The notes under the pieces were generated by a model that saw nothing but the letters and a program-made list of their open reading frames with translations, ran no database searches and had not been told where the DNA came from. Shown piece by piece: positions 47,285 through 60,164 of a stretch of DNA of 64,000 nt. The DNA is from Macrostomum hystrix (lineage: Eukaryota > Animalia > Platyhelminthes). The DNA is taken from contig CATNEN010000002.1 of assembly GCA_950097015.1 (NCBI GenBank), forward strand, positions 6,200,001 through 6,264,000. Direction: 5' to 3'. Position numbers and translations under genes: made by a program. Each line of letters opens with the position of its first letter. The first letter of the stretch is position 1.

Positions 47285-47430
47285 ATGGAATTTGGTATTT
47301 TGGTATTTGGGATCTTGGTATTGGGGCTCTTGGAATTTGGGATCTTGTCATCTGGGATCTTGTCATCTGGGATCTTGTAATCTGGGATCTTGGAATCTGG
47401 GATCTTGGAATCTGGGATCTTGGAATTTGG
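47285..47430. repeat. Short 15-bp tandem repeat (TTGGAATCTGGGATC)
   Basis: Directly visible; lies in a candidate intron upstream of the GPCR. Confidence 0.85.
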
Positions 47431-47549
47431 ATTTCGAAAACTAAGATCACCACGTGTTTTAAAGCCCCGATTTCAAATATTTAGAACTCCTGGTTCGTCA
47501 GTTTTGGCTTCTGACTCCGCCACATCACCAGCTATTGTCAGTAGGCCGA

Positions 47550-48800
47550 ATGCTCAGCCAGTGCTCAGTCAACTGCACCTATGCCGAGGGCAGCGTGGCC
47601 AGCCCGGGCGGAGGTCCCGACTGGCAGCGGCCCAGCCCTCTGGGCCACCCGGCCGAGCCGTTCGTGTACATCCCGCTGTCCACGGTGAATGCCCTCCTAT
47701 CCGCCTTCTCCGCCCTGTTCTTCCTGGTGCGGGACAAGGCCGTCCACCCGGTGCCCCGCCGCCTGGTGGTCACAATGTCCGTGTTCGAGATCCTGTTTCA
47801 CCTGTCGGTGATTGCCGCCTACGCCAACCAAGTGGCCCAGCCGCGCGGCGCCCGTCAGCTCGGCTCGCCGCCGCAGCTGCTGGCGCTGCAGACACTGCTG
47901 CGGTTCTCACTCACAATGCGCAACTGGACAATGGGCCTGATCTCCTGGTCACGATTGGAAGCCGTCTGCCGCCCCGTATCCAGCCGTTCCTCTGGTCGCA
48001 CCTTGTTCAAGCCGGCTTACATAGTTGCCATGGAAACGGTGGCCGCAGTGGCTGGTCTGGCACTCAGTGTGCTCATGGTGACTGCTCAGGACGTCCGCCT
48101 GAGCCAGGCCTACTGGACTCAGGCTGAGCTGCATGCCATCGAGGTGGTGTTCTACACCTACCAGGGCATCATCCCAATCCTGTCCATCCTGCTGGCCACC
48201 GTCATCACCGTGGCGGTGCTGAGGAAGGCCGGCCACCTCAGGAGGCGCCTCTGCACGCAGCAGTTGCAGCAGATGCACCGGATGCAGCAGCAGCACCGCA
48301 CGGGACTCGGATTGGAAACCGCTTCAGCTGACTATGAAAACAGCGTCGAAACTGAGCGGCAGGAACTGCGCCGGCGGCAGCAACGAAGGCACAAGAGCCA
48401 GCGTCAGGCTAAGCGGGAGCGCCGCAGCATCCAGCTGATTGTGGCGATGTCCCTCACCTGCCTGGTGCTGGAGAGCCCCACAGACGTCTGCGGCTTCATC
48501 AAGAACAAGGCGCCACTGACCGAGCTGATTGTGAACACTCTGGTTGAGTTGGACTCATTGTGCAACTTCTTCATCTACACCTGCACTACCGGCATCCTGC
48601 GACAGTTCTGCGCCTCCGGCCGAGGTGGCCGCGAAGCTGCAAATCCTGACATCATTGTGGCCGACTCGGCGACAGTCGGCGCCGCTGCGGGCTGCGAGCG
48701 GGCGCCAACCACTGGCGGCGCAGGCTCGACCACTTTCCAGCGTAGTCCGCAGGATATCAGCTCTGGCTCGGCCGGTGCAGCTGTGGGCAGCATCGTCTGA
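47550..48800 (+). CDS. Orphan class A (rhodopsin-like, peptide-receptor type) GPCR; 7TM core in one exon
   Basis: Seven hydrophobic segments. TM3 MRNWTMGLISWSRLEAVCRP (DRY equivalent SRL); TM6 CLVLESP; TM7 DSLCNFFIY; long Gln/Arg-rich third intracellular loop. Confidence 0.85.
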   Translation: MLSQCSVNCTYAEGSVASPGGGPDWQRPSPLGHPAEPFVYIPLSTVNALLSAFSALFFLVRDKAVHPVPRRLVVTMSVFEILFHLSVIAAYANQVAQPRGARQLGSPPQLLALQTLLRFSLTMRNWTMGLISWSRLEAVCRPVSSRSSGRTLFKPAYIVAMETVAAVAGLALSVLMVTAQDVRLSQAYWTQAELHAIEVVFYTYQGIIPILSILLATVITVAVLRKAGHLRRRLCTQQLQQMHRMQQQHRTGLGLETASADYENSVETERQELRRRQQRRHKSQRQAKRERRSIQLIVAMSLTCLVLESPTDVCGFIKNKAPLTELIVNTLVELDSLCNFFIYTCTTGILRQFCASGRGGREAANPDIIVADSATVGAAAGCERAPTTGGAGSTTFQRSPQDISSGSAGAAVGSIV

Positions 48801-49784
48801 TTGTGATTTGATTTCAATATCGCGATATGTCACTTTAGTATACCATTTTCGTCTAATAAGTTTTGCAAGAACCCAGGACCACTAAGCTAGTGGTCCTTGG
48901 CAAGTACATGTACATAAACCACGATTGGTTATCTGCAAGAATGAAATTTCATGACTCCACTTTGGCCTTGGTTATAATTTGGGTTTTACCATAGACAAAG
49001 TAATTCCAGCACGCTAAATCAAATAATAATGACTGTCTATGATAAAAAATCATTTTTAGCGTTAAGGCGAAAGTATCGTGCGTTCTCTTGACCCCACTTC
49101 TAAGCTCGCTAAAAAGCTAAGAGTATGTTATATTAGTTAATTTCCATTCGACGCCACCCATATACTATTTTTAAGTTAAGGATTGTTTATTGAGTGGTTA
49201 TAAAGCCATATTTAGACCAAAATAAGTAAAACAAAGGAAAGTAGCATATTTATTCCACTGGGTGTGTCTTTTTTGCTGAGTATGCTTTGGCCATAGACAC
49301 GTGGAATATGCGGCAAATTAATAAAGTTTCAATAAAAAGTCTTTACTTATGTCTGTGGTCAATCCACACTCGTTAGAAACATTTTTCTATGATCATTCTT
49401 CAGGCTTGACAAATCGCAGCTTGAACGAAAAAGCGTTTCATGTAGTGAGGCCTTTAAGCTATGGATTTCTGTAGCTACTAGCAATTGCAAGTGCATAGCC
49501 AGTTAGATGCTAGCTTTAGAATTCACATTCACAAGATCAGGCGGTGTTGCATACGCTGCAGCTAGATAAAGGGAAGTAAATATTTGTTGCTATTTTTGGG
49601 CCTAAATAATTCAGTTAAATTTCAAAAGCTAGTGAGATAACACATTGTCGTATATAAAGTCGATTGTGACACACTATGAGCGTAGCTACTAAAGATTTTT
49701 AAAAAATCTATTGGTTTAATATAGGCTACATGTATCGACTTATTCTTAATTATCTCCTGCCTACAGATGAAAAGGGGAGAGTAC

Positions 49785-49975
49785 AGGTGAGAAGGGAAGA
49801 GTACAGGTGAGAAGGGGAGAGTACAGATGAGAAGGGGAGAGTACAGGTGAGAATGGGAGAGTACAGGTGAGAAGGGGAGAGTACAGATGAGAAGGGGAGA
49901 GTACAGGTGAGAATGGGAGAGTACAGGTGAGAATGGGAGAGTACAGGTGAGAATGGGAGAGTACAGGTGAGAAAG
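49785..49975. repeat. Minisatellite, 20-bp unit (GTACAGGTGAGAATGGGAGA)
   Basis: Directly visible tandem array. Confidence 0.9.
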
Positions 49976-50284
49976 GAGAACCTACTAGATAAGATAGATA
50001 GAAGGGAGAGTGAGAAGGGAATATGAATAAATGAGGGGTAAGACTTATCTCTGTCAAGCTACCAGTACAATCGGATATGGTGAAACACTAAATATTTTTA
50101 TCAGGGCAATCTACTAATAAGCAAACGACTGATTTGACCAAACACTTCAGACAAGTTCTTCTCAGGGGCACTTCTCAACTTTCTTACCATGGTTGATATT
50201 GTACTTTTATCCTCTACTGTGGAAAAATTTTAGCTGACATAAAACCCCATTTCTAGATTCACATCAGTTTATTAGTTTGAGTTA

Positions 50285-51215
50285 GTAAACACAGCAGTGA
50301 CTGAGTGTGACTGGGTGAACACAGCAGTGACTGAGTGTGACTGAGTGAACACAGCAGTGACTGAGTGTGAATGAGTGAACACAGCAGTGACTGAGTGTGA
50401 CTGAGTGAACACAGCAGTGACTGAGTGTGAATGAGTGAACACAGCAGTGACTGAGTGTGACTGAGTGAACACAGCAGTGACTGAGTGTGACTGAGTGAAC
50501 ACAGCAGTGACTGAGTGTGACTGAGTGAACACAACAGTGACTGAGTGTGAATGAGTGAACACAGCAGTGACTGAGTGTGACTGAGTGAACACAGCTGTGA
50601 CTGAGTGTGACTGAGTGAACATAGCAGTGACTGAGTGTGACTGAGTGAACATAGCAGTGACTGAGTGTGACTGAGTGAACACAGCAGTGACTGAGTGTGA
50701 ATGAGTAAACACAGCAGTGACTGAGTGTGAATGAGTGAACACAGCAGTGACTGAGTGTGACTGAGTGAACACAGCAGTGACTGAGTGTGACTGAGTGAAC
50801 ACAGCAGTGACTGAGTGTGACTGAGTGAACACAACAGTGACTGAGTGTGAATGAGTGAACACAGCAGTGACTGAGTGTGACTGAGTGAACACAGCTGTGA
50901 CTGAGTGTGACTGAGTGAACATAGCAGTGACTGAGTGTGACTGAGTGAACATAGCAGTGACTGAGTGTGACTGAGTGAACACAGCAGTGACTGACTGTGA
51001 CTGAGTGAACTCAGCAGTGACTGAGTGTGACTGAGTGAACACAGCAGTGACTGAGTGTGACTGAGTGAACACAGCAGTGACTGAGTGTGACTAAGTGAAC
51101 ACAGCAGTGACTGACTGTGACTGAGTGAACACAGCAGTGACTGAGTTTGACTGAGTGAACACAGCAGTGACTGAGTGTGACTGAGTGAACACAGCAGTGA
51201 CTGAGTGTGAATGAG
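50285..51215. repeat. Minisatellite, 30-bp unit (CAGTGACTGAGTGTGACTGAGTGAACACAG)
   Basis: Directly visible tandem array. Confidence 0.95.
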
Positions 51216-51630
51216 TGAAAATACTTGTAGCAGTGAATGAGTTTGAGCTTTCTGTACATTTCTAAGAATTTCGTGGCCCTGGACAAGTTGCAGTGCGTGA
51301 GCGGGACTCATGACTGATCATAAGCCAGATAAGAGTGGCTGTAAAGGCGGATTTTTATCAGAGCCAAATTTTCTGCGAATTTGATTCATCGAACTGTCGG
51401 TTCGGTTGGAATTTTCTTGTCTAAAACGCAGAGTAAGAAATCGACTCTGAACTATACCCAACAACATAACTGCATGCAAAACTCCGGCTTTGTGTAATCT
51501 GTGCAATAAAATACGGTATTATCAGCGCCCACTGTGCTTTGACCTGTTTTGTGAGGCCGTTATGGAAACAGCCTTGCCCGCGTGCAACTCTTATCGGTGG
51601 TAAGCCCATTCGAGTTAGGCTTGTTGTTGT

Positions 51631-51750
51631 TTGGCTGCGACTGGGCGACTATAGGCAACCAATTCCTAGATTGGCTGCGACTGGGCGACTATAGGCAACC
51701 AATTCCTAGATTGGCTGCGACTGGGCGACAATAGGCAACCAATTCCTAGA
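51631..51750. repeat. 3x 40-bp tandem repeat
   Basis: TTGGCTGCGACTGGGCGACTATAGGCAACCAATTCCTAGA x3. Confidence 0.95.
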
Positions 51751-52059
51751 TGCTTCACGGGCGTTAACAGTAGGACTACCAAGCCATTTCACCGCCCTGT
51801 TTTGTACCAATCAAGAGGTGATTTCCCCCCCAGAGTTTTTTTTGGCAGCGCCCAAATGCTTGGAACAAGTGCGCTTCGAGCATAAACAGTTTCGAACCTG
51901 TATTACACCTCGTATATTTTTTCACTAGCATAAACAGCTTCACACCTGGATTACCCTAGTATATTTTGTCACTAGCACTAGGTAAAATTAAAAAAAAATT
52001 CAGTTCCAAATTCAAAAAATTGCGTCCCTGGGAACAAAGGTGGGGTAGAAGGTGCTGTA

Positions 52060-52985
52060 CAGCTCCTGGGATGCAGCTCCTGGTACGTAGCAGATGCAGC
52101 TCCTGGTACGTGGGGGGGATGCAGCTCCTGGTACGTGACGGATGCAGCTCCTGGTACGTGGCCGTCTGCAACTGCTCCTATAGCTGTACAGATGCGTTTG
52201 ATGCTAGCATCAGCCATCTTCTCTGCAGCTCCTGGTATGCAGCTCCTGGTACGTAGCGGATGCAGCTCCTGGTACGTGGCCGGATGCAGCTCCTGGTACG
52301 TAGCCGGATGCAGCTCCTGGTACGTAGCCGGATGCAGCTCCTGGTACGTAGCCGGATGCAGCTCCTGGTACGTGGCCGGATGCAGCTCCTGGTACGTAGC
52401 CGGATGCAGCTCCTGGTACGTAGCCGGATGCAGCTCCTGGTACGTGGCCGGATGCAGCTCCTGGTACGTAGCCGGATGCAGCTCCTGGTACGTAGCCGGA
52501 TGCAGCTCCTGGTACGCGGCCGGATGCAGCTCCTGGTACGTAGCCGGATGCAGCTCCTGGTACGTAGCCGGATGCAGCTCCTGGTACGTGACGGATGCAG
52601 CTCCTGGTACGTAGCCGGATGCAGCTCCTGGTACGTAGCCGGATGCAGCTCCTGGTACGTAGCCGGATGCAGCTCCTGGTACGTGGCCGGATGCAGCTCC
52701 TGGTACGTAGCCGGATGCAGCTCCTGGTACGTGACGGATGCAGCTCCTGGTACGTGACGGATGCAGCTCCTGGTACGTAGCCGGATGCAGCTCCTGGTAC
52801 GTGACGGATGCAGCTCCTGGTACGTGACGGATGCAGCTCCTGGTACGTGACGGATGCAGCTCCTGGTACGTAGCCGGATGCAGCTCCTGGTACGTGACGG
52901 ATGCAGCTCCTGGTACGTGACGGATGCAGCTCCTGGTACGTGACGGATGCAGCTTCTGGTACGTGACGGATGCAGCTCCTGGTAC
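52060..52985. repeat. Minisatellite, 24-bp unit (GATGCAGCTCCTGGTACGTAGCCG)
   Basis: Directly visible; abuts the 3' end of the MULE transposase remnant. Confidence 0.95.
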
Positions 52986-53078
52986 GTGGCCGGCTCCAGC
53001 TGCTCCTGTAGCTGTACAGATGCGTTGGTACTAGCATCAGCCATCTTATCTGCAGCATGGAAGACAAGTGTCAAGAAG

Positions 53079-53739
53079 TCAATGGCGGAGATCGGTTTTA
53101 GATCTAATTTCGCTGTTTGCTGCACTGAGTCGCTTCGAATTCGCGACCGACTTTGCCAGGTTAGGGTGCGCCTTGAATCGTCGGCTGAGTCCTCCATGAA
53201 AGGACTCAATGTCGCAGTTGGTTCGCCTAGTGAGTCCATGCACGGAGATTCGAGAAGCAACGACGTGAAGTATCCAGAAGCTGTCCATGTACTGGTGGAC
53301 TCGCTCAACAGCAGCGCGGAACTTTTCGCATATATTCGGGTATCGGCAGGCAGCAGAGGCAGAGCTATAAGCCTTAGCATCCATCTCCAAAACCTCACTG
53401 TTGGTACCTCGGCTGACTTGTGACTGAAGGCCATTGGATTTAAACTTCGCGACAACAGCCGGGCAGAAGTGAAACCAACAGCCGTATACATCGGCGGAAG
53501 CGAAAGCTTTTTCTGCGCTTTCATCAGTGCAATCTCGAAGTCTGTCAAGATATTCTTTACCGCAGCGGCAGGACACAACACAGTAGCAACGTGTGTGTAG
53601 CTAGCTGTAGGGGCTCAGTAGGATGTATAATGACGGACAGAAGCCGTCCGTCTTGAATCGGACAAAACAGTATAAAACAGACGTTTAAAAGCTGGTACAA
53701 GATGCTTGGCACCGTGTTAAAAGTACCATCCTTGCACAA
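53079..53739 (-). pseudogene. Decayed Mutator-like (MULE) DDE transposase
   Basis: Collinear motifs KDGTFNTVPSILYQL, ILTDFEIALMKA, VYGCWFHF and RTNCDIESFH..HPNL are spread over three different frames (frameshifts). No TIRs recognised. Confidence 0.85.
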
Positions 53740-54359
53740 AGACTCCGCATGCTGAAGGCTATGCAGCAGTCTTCGGACCGCCCTGCAGCTAAGTCAAGTA
53801 AGTTTCCACCTCTCGCCAACAGTTACCGACAGTTATTATATGTTCTATGGCCAAAACTACAATTTTTTCAGTTTTTTACTGTCTATAACAGTACTAACAA
53901 AACACTAACAAAAATAACAGAAATTGCAATAACAATAGCAATAAAAAGTACAGATAAAATTACTCGTATAATTTCTATCACTGCTGGTTTGGGCAAAAGT
54001 GCTACTGCAGCTAAACAAACAAGACCATACTAAACATTCAATCCAGTTTTTGAGGCCATTAAGAATTCAGAAGAAGCTGACGATTTGAACGTTTCAATGC
54101 TATTTCACTGATGGCAGCTCAATTAGGAGCTCATTCTTGCACAAGCAAAATTAGCAATCCGCTTGCCCACTGGGAATAGAACATTTCTTCTCTCTGTAAT
54201 TGAATCAGTTGGAGAGCCGAAAAGTGCAATTACGCTCTGAAGTCGAATTTGCTGGGAGGCCAAATCGAATTTTCATTTCTTACGTGAGGACCAACCTACA
54301 AGTCAGGCCAGAATAACACACCTGTATGGGTGTATCTGCATTTAACGGATCTTAAAAGG

Positions 54360-55190
54360 CACGTCTATGGTACAAACTAAGCATGATCTTCATAGGCATG
54401 TCTATGGTACAAACTAAGCATGATCTTCATAGGCATGTCTATGGTACAAACTAAGCATGATCTTCATAGGCATGTCTATGGTACAAACTAAGCATGATCT
54501 TCATAGGCATGTCTTTGGTAAAAGCTAAGCATGATCTTCATAGGCGTGTCTATGGTACAAACTAAGCATGATCTTCATAGGCGTGTCTATGGTACAAACT
54601 AAGCATGATCTTCATAGGCGTGTCTTTGGTAAAAGCTAAGCATGATCTTCATAGGCGTGTCTATGGTACAAATTAAGCATGATCTTCATAGGCATGTCTA
54701 TGGTACAAACTAAGCATGATCTTCATAGGCATGTCTATGGTACAAACTAAGCATGATCTTCATAGGCGTGTCTTTGGTAAAAGCTAAGCATGATCTTCAT
54801 AGGCGTGTCTATGGTACAAATTAAGCATGATCTTCATAGGCATGTCTATGGTACAAACTAAGCATGATCTTCATAGGCATGTCTATGGTACAAATTAAGC
54901 ATGATCTTCATAGGCGTGTCTTTGGTAAAAGCTAAGCATGATCTTCATAGGCGTGTCTATGGTACAAACTAAGCATGATCTTCATAGGCGTGTCTTTGGT
55001 AAAAGCTAAGCATGATCTTCATAGGCGTGTCTATGGTACAAATTAAGCATGATCTTCATAGGCATGTCTATGGTACAAACTAAGCATGATCTTCATAGGC
55101 ATGTCTATGGTACAAACTAAGCATGATCTTCATAGGCATGTCTATGGTACAAACTAAGCATGATCTTCATAGGCATGTCTATGGTAAAAA
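54360..55190. repeat. Minisatellite, 37-bp unit (GGCATGTCTATGGTACAAACTAAGCATGATCTTCATA)
   Basis: Directly visible tandem array. Confidence 0.95.
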
Positions 55191-56059
55191 CTACGCTCGT
55201 AGCTAGATTCAGTACAAAAAATCACAGTGACGACATGGGCTGGCTAAGTGTGAATGCCCATTGGCTGAGAAAGCTTGACAAAAGCTGTAGCAACCAATTA
55301 TTGCGAACCTGATGAACGACTGCAAGTGTAGCTCTGCTGAGCTAGCATCTTGTATGACGCACACTTGCCGTGACTCAACACTTGGCTCATGGCCTCATTG
55401 GTCACGTGGTTCAAATCAAACAAACCGCAGGTAGTTAGTTATTCAGTCAGTTAATTTAGTTTAGCACTTCAAAAAACTGACAACAAAATTAGCAGGGAAA
55501 TCTGATCTGCAGTCGGAGTGTTTTGCATGGTTGCTAGAACTGGCTAGCCAAAGCTTGCGCGAATTGCTCGCTCGGTCGCAGTCCTGTATCGCTCTGCTCC
55601 TAGCTAGCAAACCAAATGCTATTGATAAAGGCCCCTCCAAAACAACTGGCTGCGTGCGTGAGCCCAATTTAGGTGCCAAGCAAGGTGAGGTGGCGCCATT
55701 TTTTTTAGTCTCGAAGTTGTATTACCTTTCAGCAAGCGCCTAATTGACTCACCACTTTTATCTCTTGTTTATTCATTGGCCTTGTTGTATACTTGGTGTC
55801 GGGACGGGCTGGGGACGGTTGGAAGCAAAGTAAATTTTGGTTCGGACAATGACTATCACTTCAATTAGCCTGTTTCATTATCCTGTGTTTGAGTCACTGT
55901 ACCGATTAGCTAAGTAAATGTACTCTAAATATGGCCTTTATAATCTCTTCATTTACTTGACTAAACTGATAAAGTAAATAGCTTTCGAAGGCCGTTACAT
56001 ATTCATTGCGTCAATGGATGGTCTCCCTTCAATGATACTTCCGCTTCCTTACTTCGATA

Positions 56060-56560
56060 CCTCAGTATACCCCAGCTGTTTCCTTCCTTCGATTCCACAG
56101 TTATACCCCAGCTGTTTCCTTCCTTCGATTCCTCAGTATACCCCAGCTGTTTCCTTCCTTCGATTCCACAGTTATACCCCAGCTGTTTCCTTCCTTCGAT
56201 TCATCAGTATACCCCAGCTGTTTCCTTCCTTCGATTCCACAGTTATACCCCAGCTGTTTCCTTCCTTCGATTCCTCAGTATACCCCAGCTGTTTCCTTCC
56301 TTCGATTCCTCAGTATACCCCAGCTGTTTCCTTCCTTCGATTCCTCAGTATACCCCAGCTGTTTCCTTCCTTCGATTCCTCAGTTATACCCCAGCTGTTT
56401 CCTTCCTTCGATTCCTCAGTATACCCCAGCTGTTTCCTTCCTTCGATTCTTTAAAGCCTCAGCTGTTTTCTTCCTTTGATTCTTTAGTTTCCAAGCTGTT
56501 TCCTTTCGTCGATACCTTAGTATACCCCAGCTGTTTCCTTCCTTCGATACCTCAAAATAC
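56060..56560. repeat. Minisatellite, 35-36-bp unit (CCCCAGCTGTTTCCTTCCTTCGATTCCTCAGTATA)
   Basis: Directly visible tandem array. Confidence 0.95.
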
Positions 56561-57194
56561 TCCAGCTGTTTCCTGTTTCCTTCTCCCTAGTCCTGCGCGG
56601 AGCAGTATTACAGTGAGTTTGATTAGACCCAATCAGTGTGCTCAGCTCTGCGTTCATTGCACTTATCGGGTAAGTCAAGAATTGTTTAGTTGTGCCAATA
56701 TTAACTAACTGAGCGAGTGAGAGAACCAACTCGACTTCATGCCAAGTTTAACTTAAGAAGAAACCAAGTCAAGCCGAGCCCCTCTCCCAGCTCAGTTTGG
56801 CCGCATGCAGAGCTGGTGCCCGGCCACTTATCAGTTTTGGCGAGCGATAAGCCCGCCACCCCGCACAAATCCGGCCCCACCTGCCCCTCCTCCCCACCTG
56901 CCCCTCCTCCCCACCTCCGCGGCCGGCCATACTGTATCAGTTTTCTCGTCCGTTTGGGGGGCCCCGCCCATTGATTGCCTAATTTATTATATATATTTGC
57001 TTCGCCCGACTTAGAGCCGGGCTTCAAAAATATAGACTAGAAAGCTTTGCGTCGAGCAAGTAATTTTGGTAAGTTTGTTTATTCTTTTGTTTTCTCCATT
57101 TCAATTGTAGTTCCAGCTAATATATAATTCTTGGCTGTGATTATTTATTTCATAATTTACAATTGTTTTGGGATGATAAACGAAATGCCGCAAG

Positions 57195-57365
57195 TGATGG
57201 CGTAAGTGATGGCCCAGGTGATGACCCAGGTGATGACCCAGGTGATGACCCAGGGGATGGCTCAGGTGATGACCCAGGTGATGGCCCAGGCGATGGCCCA
57301 GGTGATGGCCCAGGTGATGGCTCAGGTAATGGCTCAGGTGATGACCCAGGTGATGGCCCAGGTGT
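57195..57365. repeat. 12-bp tandem repeat (CCAGGTGATGAC/GGC)
   Basis: Directly visible just upstream of the tetraspanin ATG. Confidence 0.9.
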
Positions 57366-57423
57366 TGACTTACTTACCTCTCTCTAATCCAGATCAAGCC
57401 AGCAACAACCCACAAAATCAACA

Positions 57424-59561
57424 ATGGGCTGCAGCGCCTCTTTCGCCAAGCTGATCCTGTTCATCTTCAACTCGATCTTCTTCCTGTTCGGCGTGGCCAG
57501 CCTCGCCGTTGGAATCTGGGTGGCCGTCAGCAAGGACGAGCTGTTCAAGTTCATTAACCTGCTGGACAACAAGATCGCTGCAGGCGGTGGCAAGGAGCAG
57601 ATCGATAATGTGGCCAATCAGAGCGGCCTGATTGTGATTGCGGCCTACGTGCTGATCGGTGTCGGAGTCTTCACCCTGCTTGTGGGCTTCTGCGGCTGCT
57701 GCGGTGCCATCAAGGAGTCCAACTGCCTGCTTTACACCGTGAGTGGCTGGATGGCTGTGTTCATGAGATTCTTTGGATTTATATCGAAGCACTAGCCGAT
57801 GCGGATAAGCTCTGGTGCTGGTGTACAAAAATGATTGTGTCTTCAGCCAATAGCATTCCGCCAAGTCATCCTGTCAACAGTACTATAAAATGGCACTTAC
57901 TTACTTACAGCCAATAGCATCCAGCTACGTCATCAAGTGAATGAATATATATTTAGAAACGGTATAGCGATCCCGCGATCCTCATTCCAGTACGCAGGTC
58001 TCATCGGTGTGGTCCTGACCATCGAGATCGCGGCCGCCATTCTGGCCGGCGTCTTCCAGAACCGTATCCGCAGCGAGGCTGAGAAGGCTCTTTTCGACCT
58101 GGAGAATAACTACTTCGTCTCGATCCCAACCTACGAGGAAACACGGACCCAAACCACTGGCAATGCTGCAGCCAAGGCTGCTGTGACTTACCTGGTTAAT
58201 CTGGTGCAAATCAGCTTTGACTGCTGCGGCGCCATCAACGTTAACGACATCAGCAACAGCACCAGCTGGCGGGGATCGAACCTCATATTCAAGGGAAGGA
58301 GACTTGTGAATGCCATGACGTGCTGCTCGCTGAAGACTTCGAGCGCGAAGACTGGAATCAAGTTGCCGACCTTCAACTGGACCACCTTTGACGAATACCT
58401 GGACAAGCCCGATTGTCCATTCACAGCTGCTAGCCCCAGCAGTGGCATTCACTCGAAGGTAGGTGCACAACTTAACAGCGACATTGGTGCATTGAAGTTT
58501 GGCACTCATTGTCTAGCTCTACATGAAATACTGCAATGCTGCAATTGTAATCCCTCAGACCTGCTACCAGGGCTTGATGGACTACATCACCAAGTACTCC
58601 TTGCCCCTCATCGGCATCTGCGTTGCAATCGGCCTGATTGAGGTGAGAAATTGAGCAGATCCTACCAGCTAGCAGGTCCCAGCCACATGTGACATTTCTT
58701 AGCTTAACAAAATCACATCCCTTCCATAGCACTCGCAACTCCCTGAACCTCGCAACTCCCTGAACCTCGCAACTCCCTGAACCTCGCAACTCCCTGAACC
58801 TCGCAACTCCCTGAACCTCGCAACTCCCTGAACCTCGCAACTCCCTGAACCTCGCAACTCCCTGAACCTCGCAACTCCCTGAACCTCGCAACTCCCTGAA
58901 CCTCGCAACTCCCTGAACCTCGCAACTCCCTGAACCTTGCAACTCCCTGAACCTCGCAACTCCCTGAACCTCGCAACTCCCTGAACCTCGCAACTCCCTG
59001 AACCTCGCAACTCCCTGAACCTCGCAACTCCCTGAACCTCGCAACTCCCTGAACCTCGCAACTCCCTGAACCTTGCAACTCCCTGAACCTCGCAACTCCC
59101 TGAACCTCGCAACTCCCTGAACCTCGCAACTCCCTGAACCTCGCAACTCCCTGAACCTCGCAACTCCCTGAACCTCGCAACTCCCTGAACCTCGCAACTC
59201 CCTGAACCTCGCAACTCCCTGAACCTCGCAACTCCCTGAACCTCGCAACTCCCTGAACCTCGCAACTCCCTGAACCTCGCAACTCCCTGAACCTCGCAAC
59301 TCCCTGAACCTCGCAACTCCCTGAACCTCGCAACTCCCTGAACCTTGCAACTCCCTGAACCTCGCACCTTCCTGAAACTCGCATTTTCCTCAACCTCGCA
59401 ACTCCCTGAACCTCGCAACTCCCTGAACCTTGCAACTCCCTGAACCTTGCACCTTCCTGAAACTCGCATTTTCCTCAACCTCGCCCCCGCAGTTACTGGG
59501 CATTGTGCTGGCCTGTTGCCTGGTCAGCGCGCTGAAGAACGACAATGCCTACAAGAACTGA
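57424..59561 (+). CDS. Tetraspanin, 311 aa
   Basis: join(57424-57738,57991-58458,58559-58642,59493-59561), all phase 0 and GT-AG. Four TMs; GFCGCCGA motif; large extracellular loop with DCCG, TCC and a terminal Cys. Confidence 0.95.
58730..59485. repeat. Tetraspanin intron 3 minisatellite, 17-bp unit (ACTCCCTGAACCTCGCA)
   Basis: Directly visible, highly homogeneous. Confidence 0.97.
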
Positions 59562-60164
59562 GCAGTCGGAGGCTGTTGGCATAAATAGCTTCCATAGCAA
59601 CAGACTCACGCAAACGTTTTGCTGACAATATCTTATCACAATGATACTGTAGCTGTTAGCATATTCTGTGCGCAATCTGAACTGACTGCCCCTATCCAGG
59701 GAGGTGCAATGAGACTGCAGCCGCTATTCTGTTTGCTTTTTGCCAGCCAAGCAATTTCCCAACCACCAGGTCCTCAACTGTTACGGGTCTTCTAAATGTA
59801 TTAGAAAAAATTCATTTACCAAGTCCAACTTCTGATCAGTTTTGTTATATTTGCACTTTAAAAAAATACGGAAAATAAAATAAATTTGTTTAACTCTGCT
59901 GCGCCAATGTTCTGAGCAGCATTGCTCGGAGCAGAGAATAAATCGATTGAGACTAGGGCGCAAAAACATTAAGAAAATATGTTGCTACGCCTAACAACTT
60001 CGTTTGCTATGCTCCTAAAACAACGCGACGGTACAACTATAGTGCATAAAACAAAGTAGCTAGATTTGCTATGATTTTCAATACATTTTGCAGAAAAAAG
60101 TCTTATTTGTCTACGATCTTACCTATCGATTCTTGATGTGGTTGAATCTGTTTATCTTTGGATT

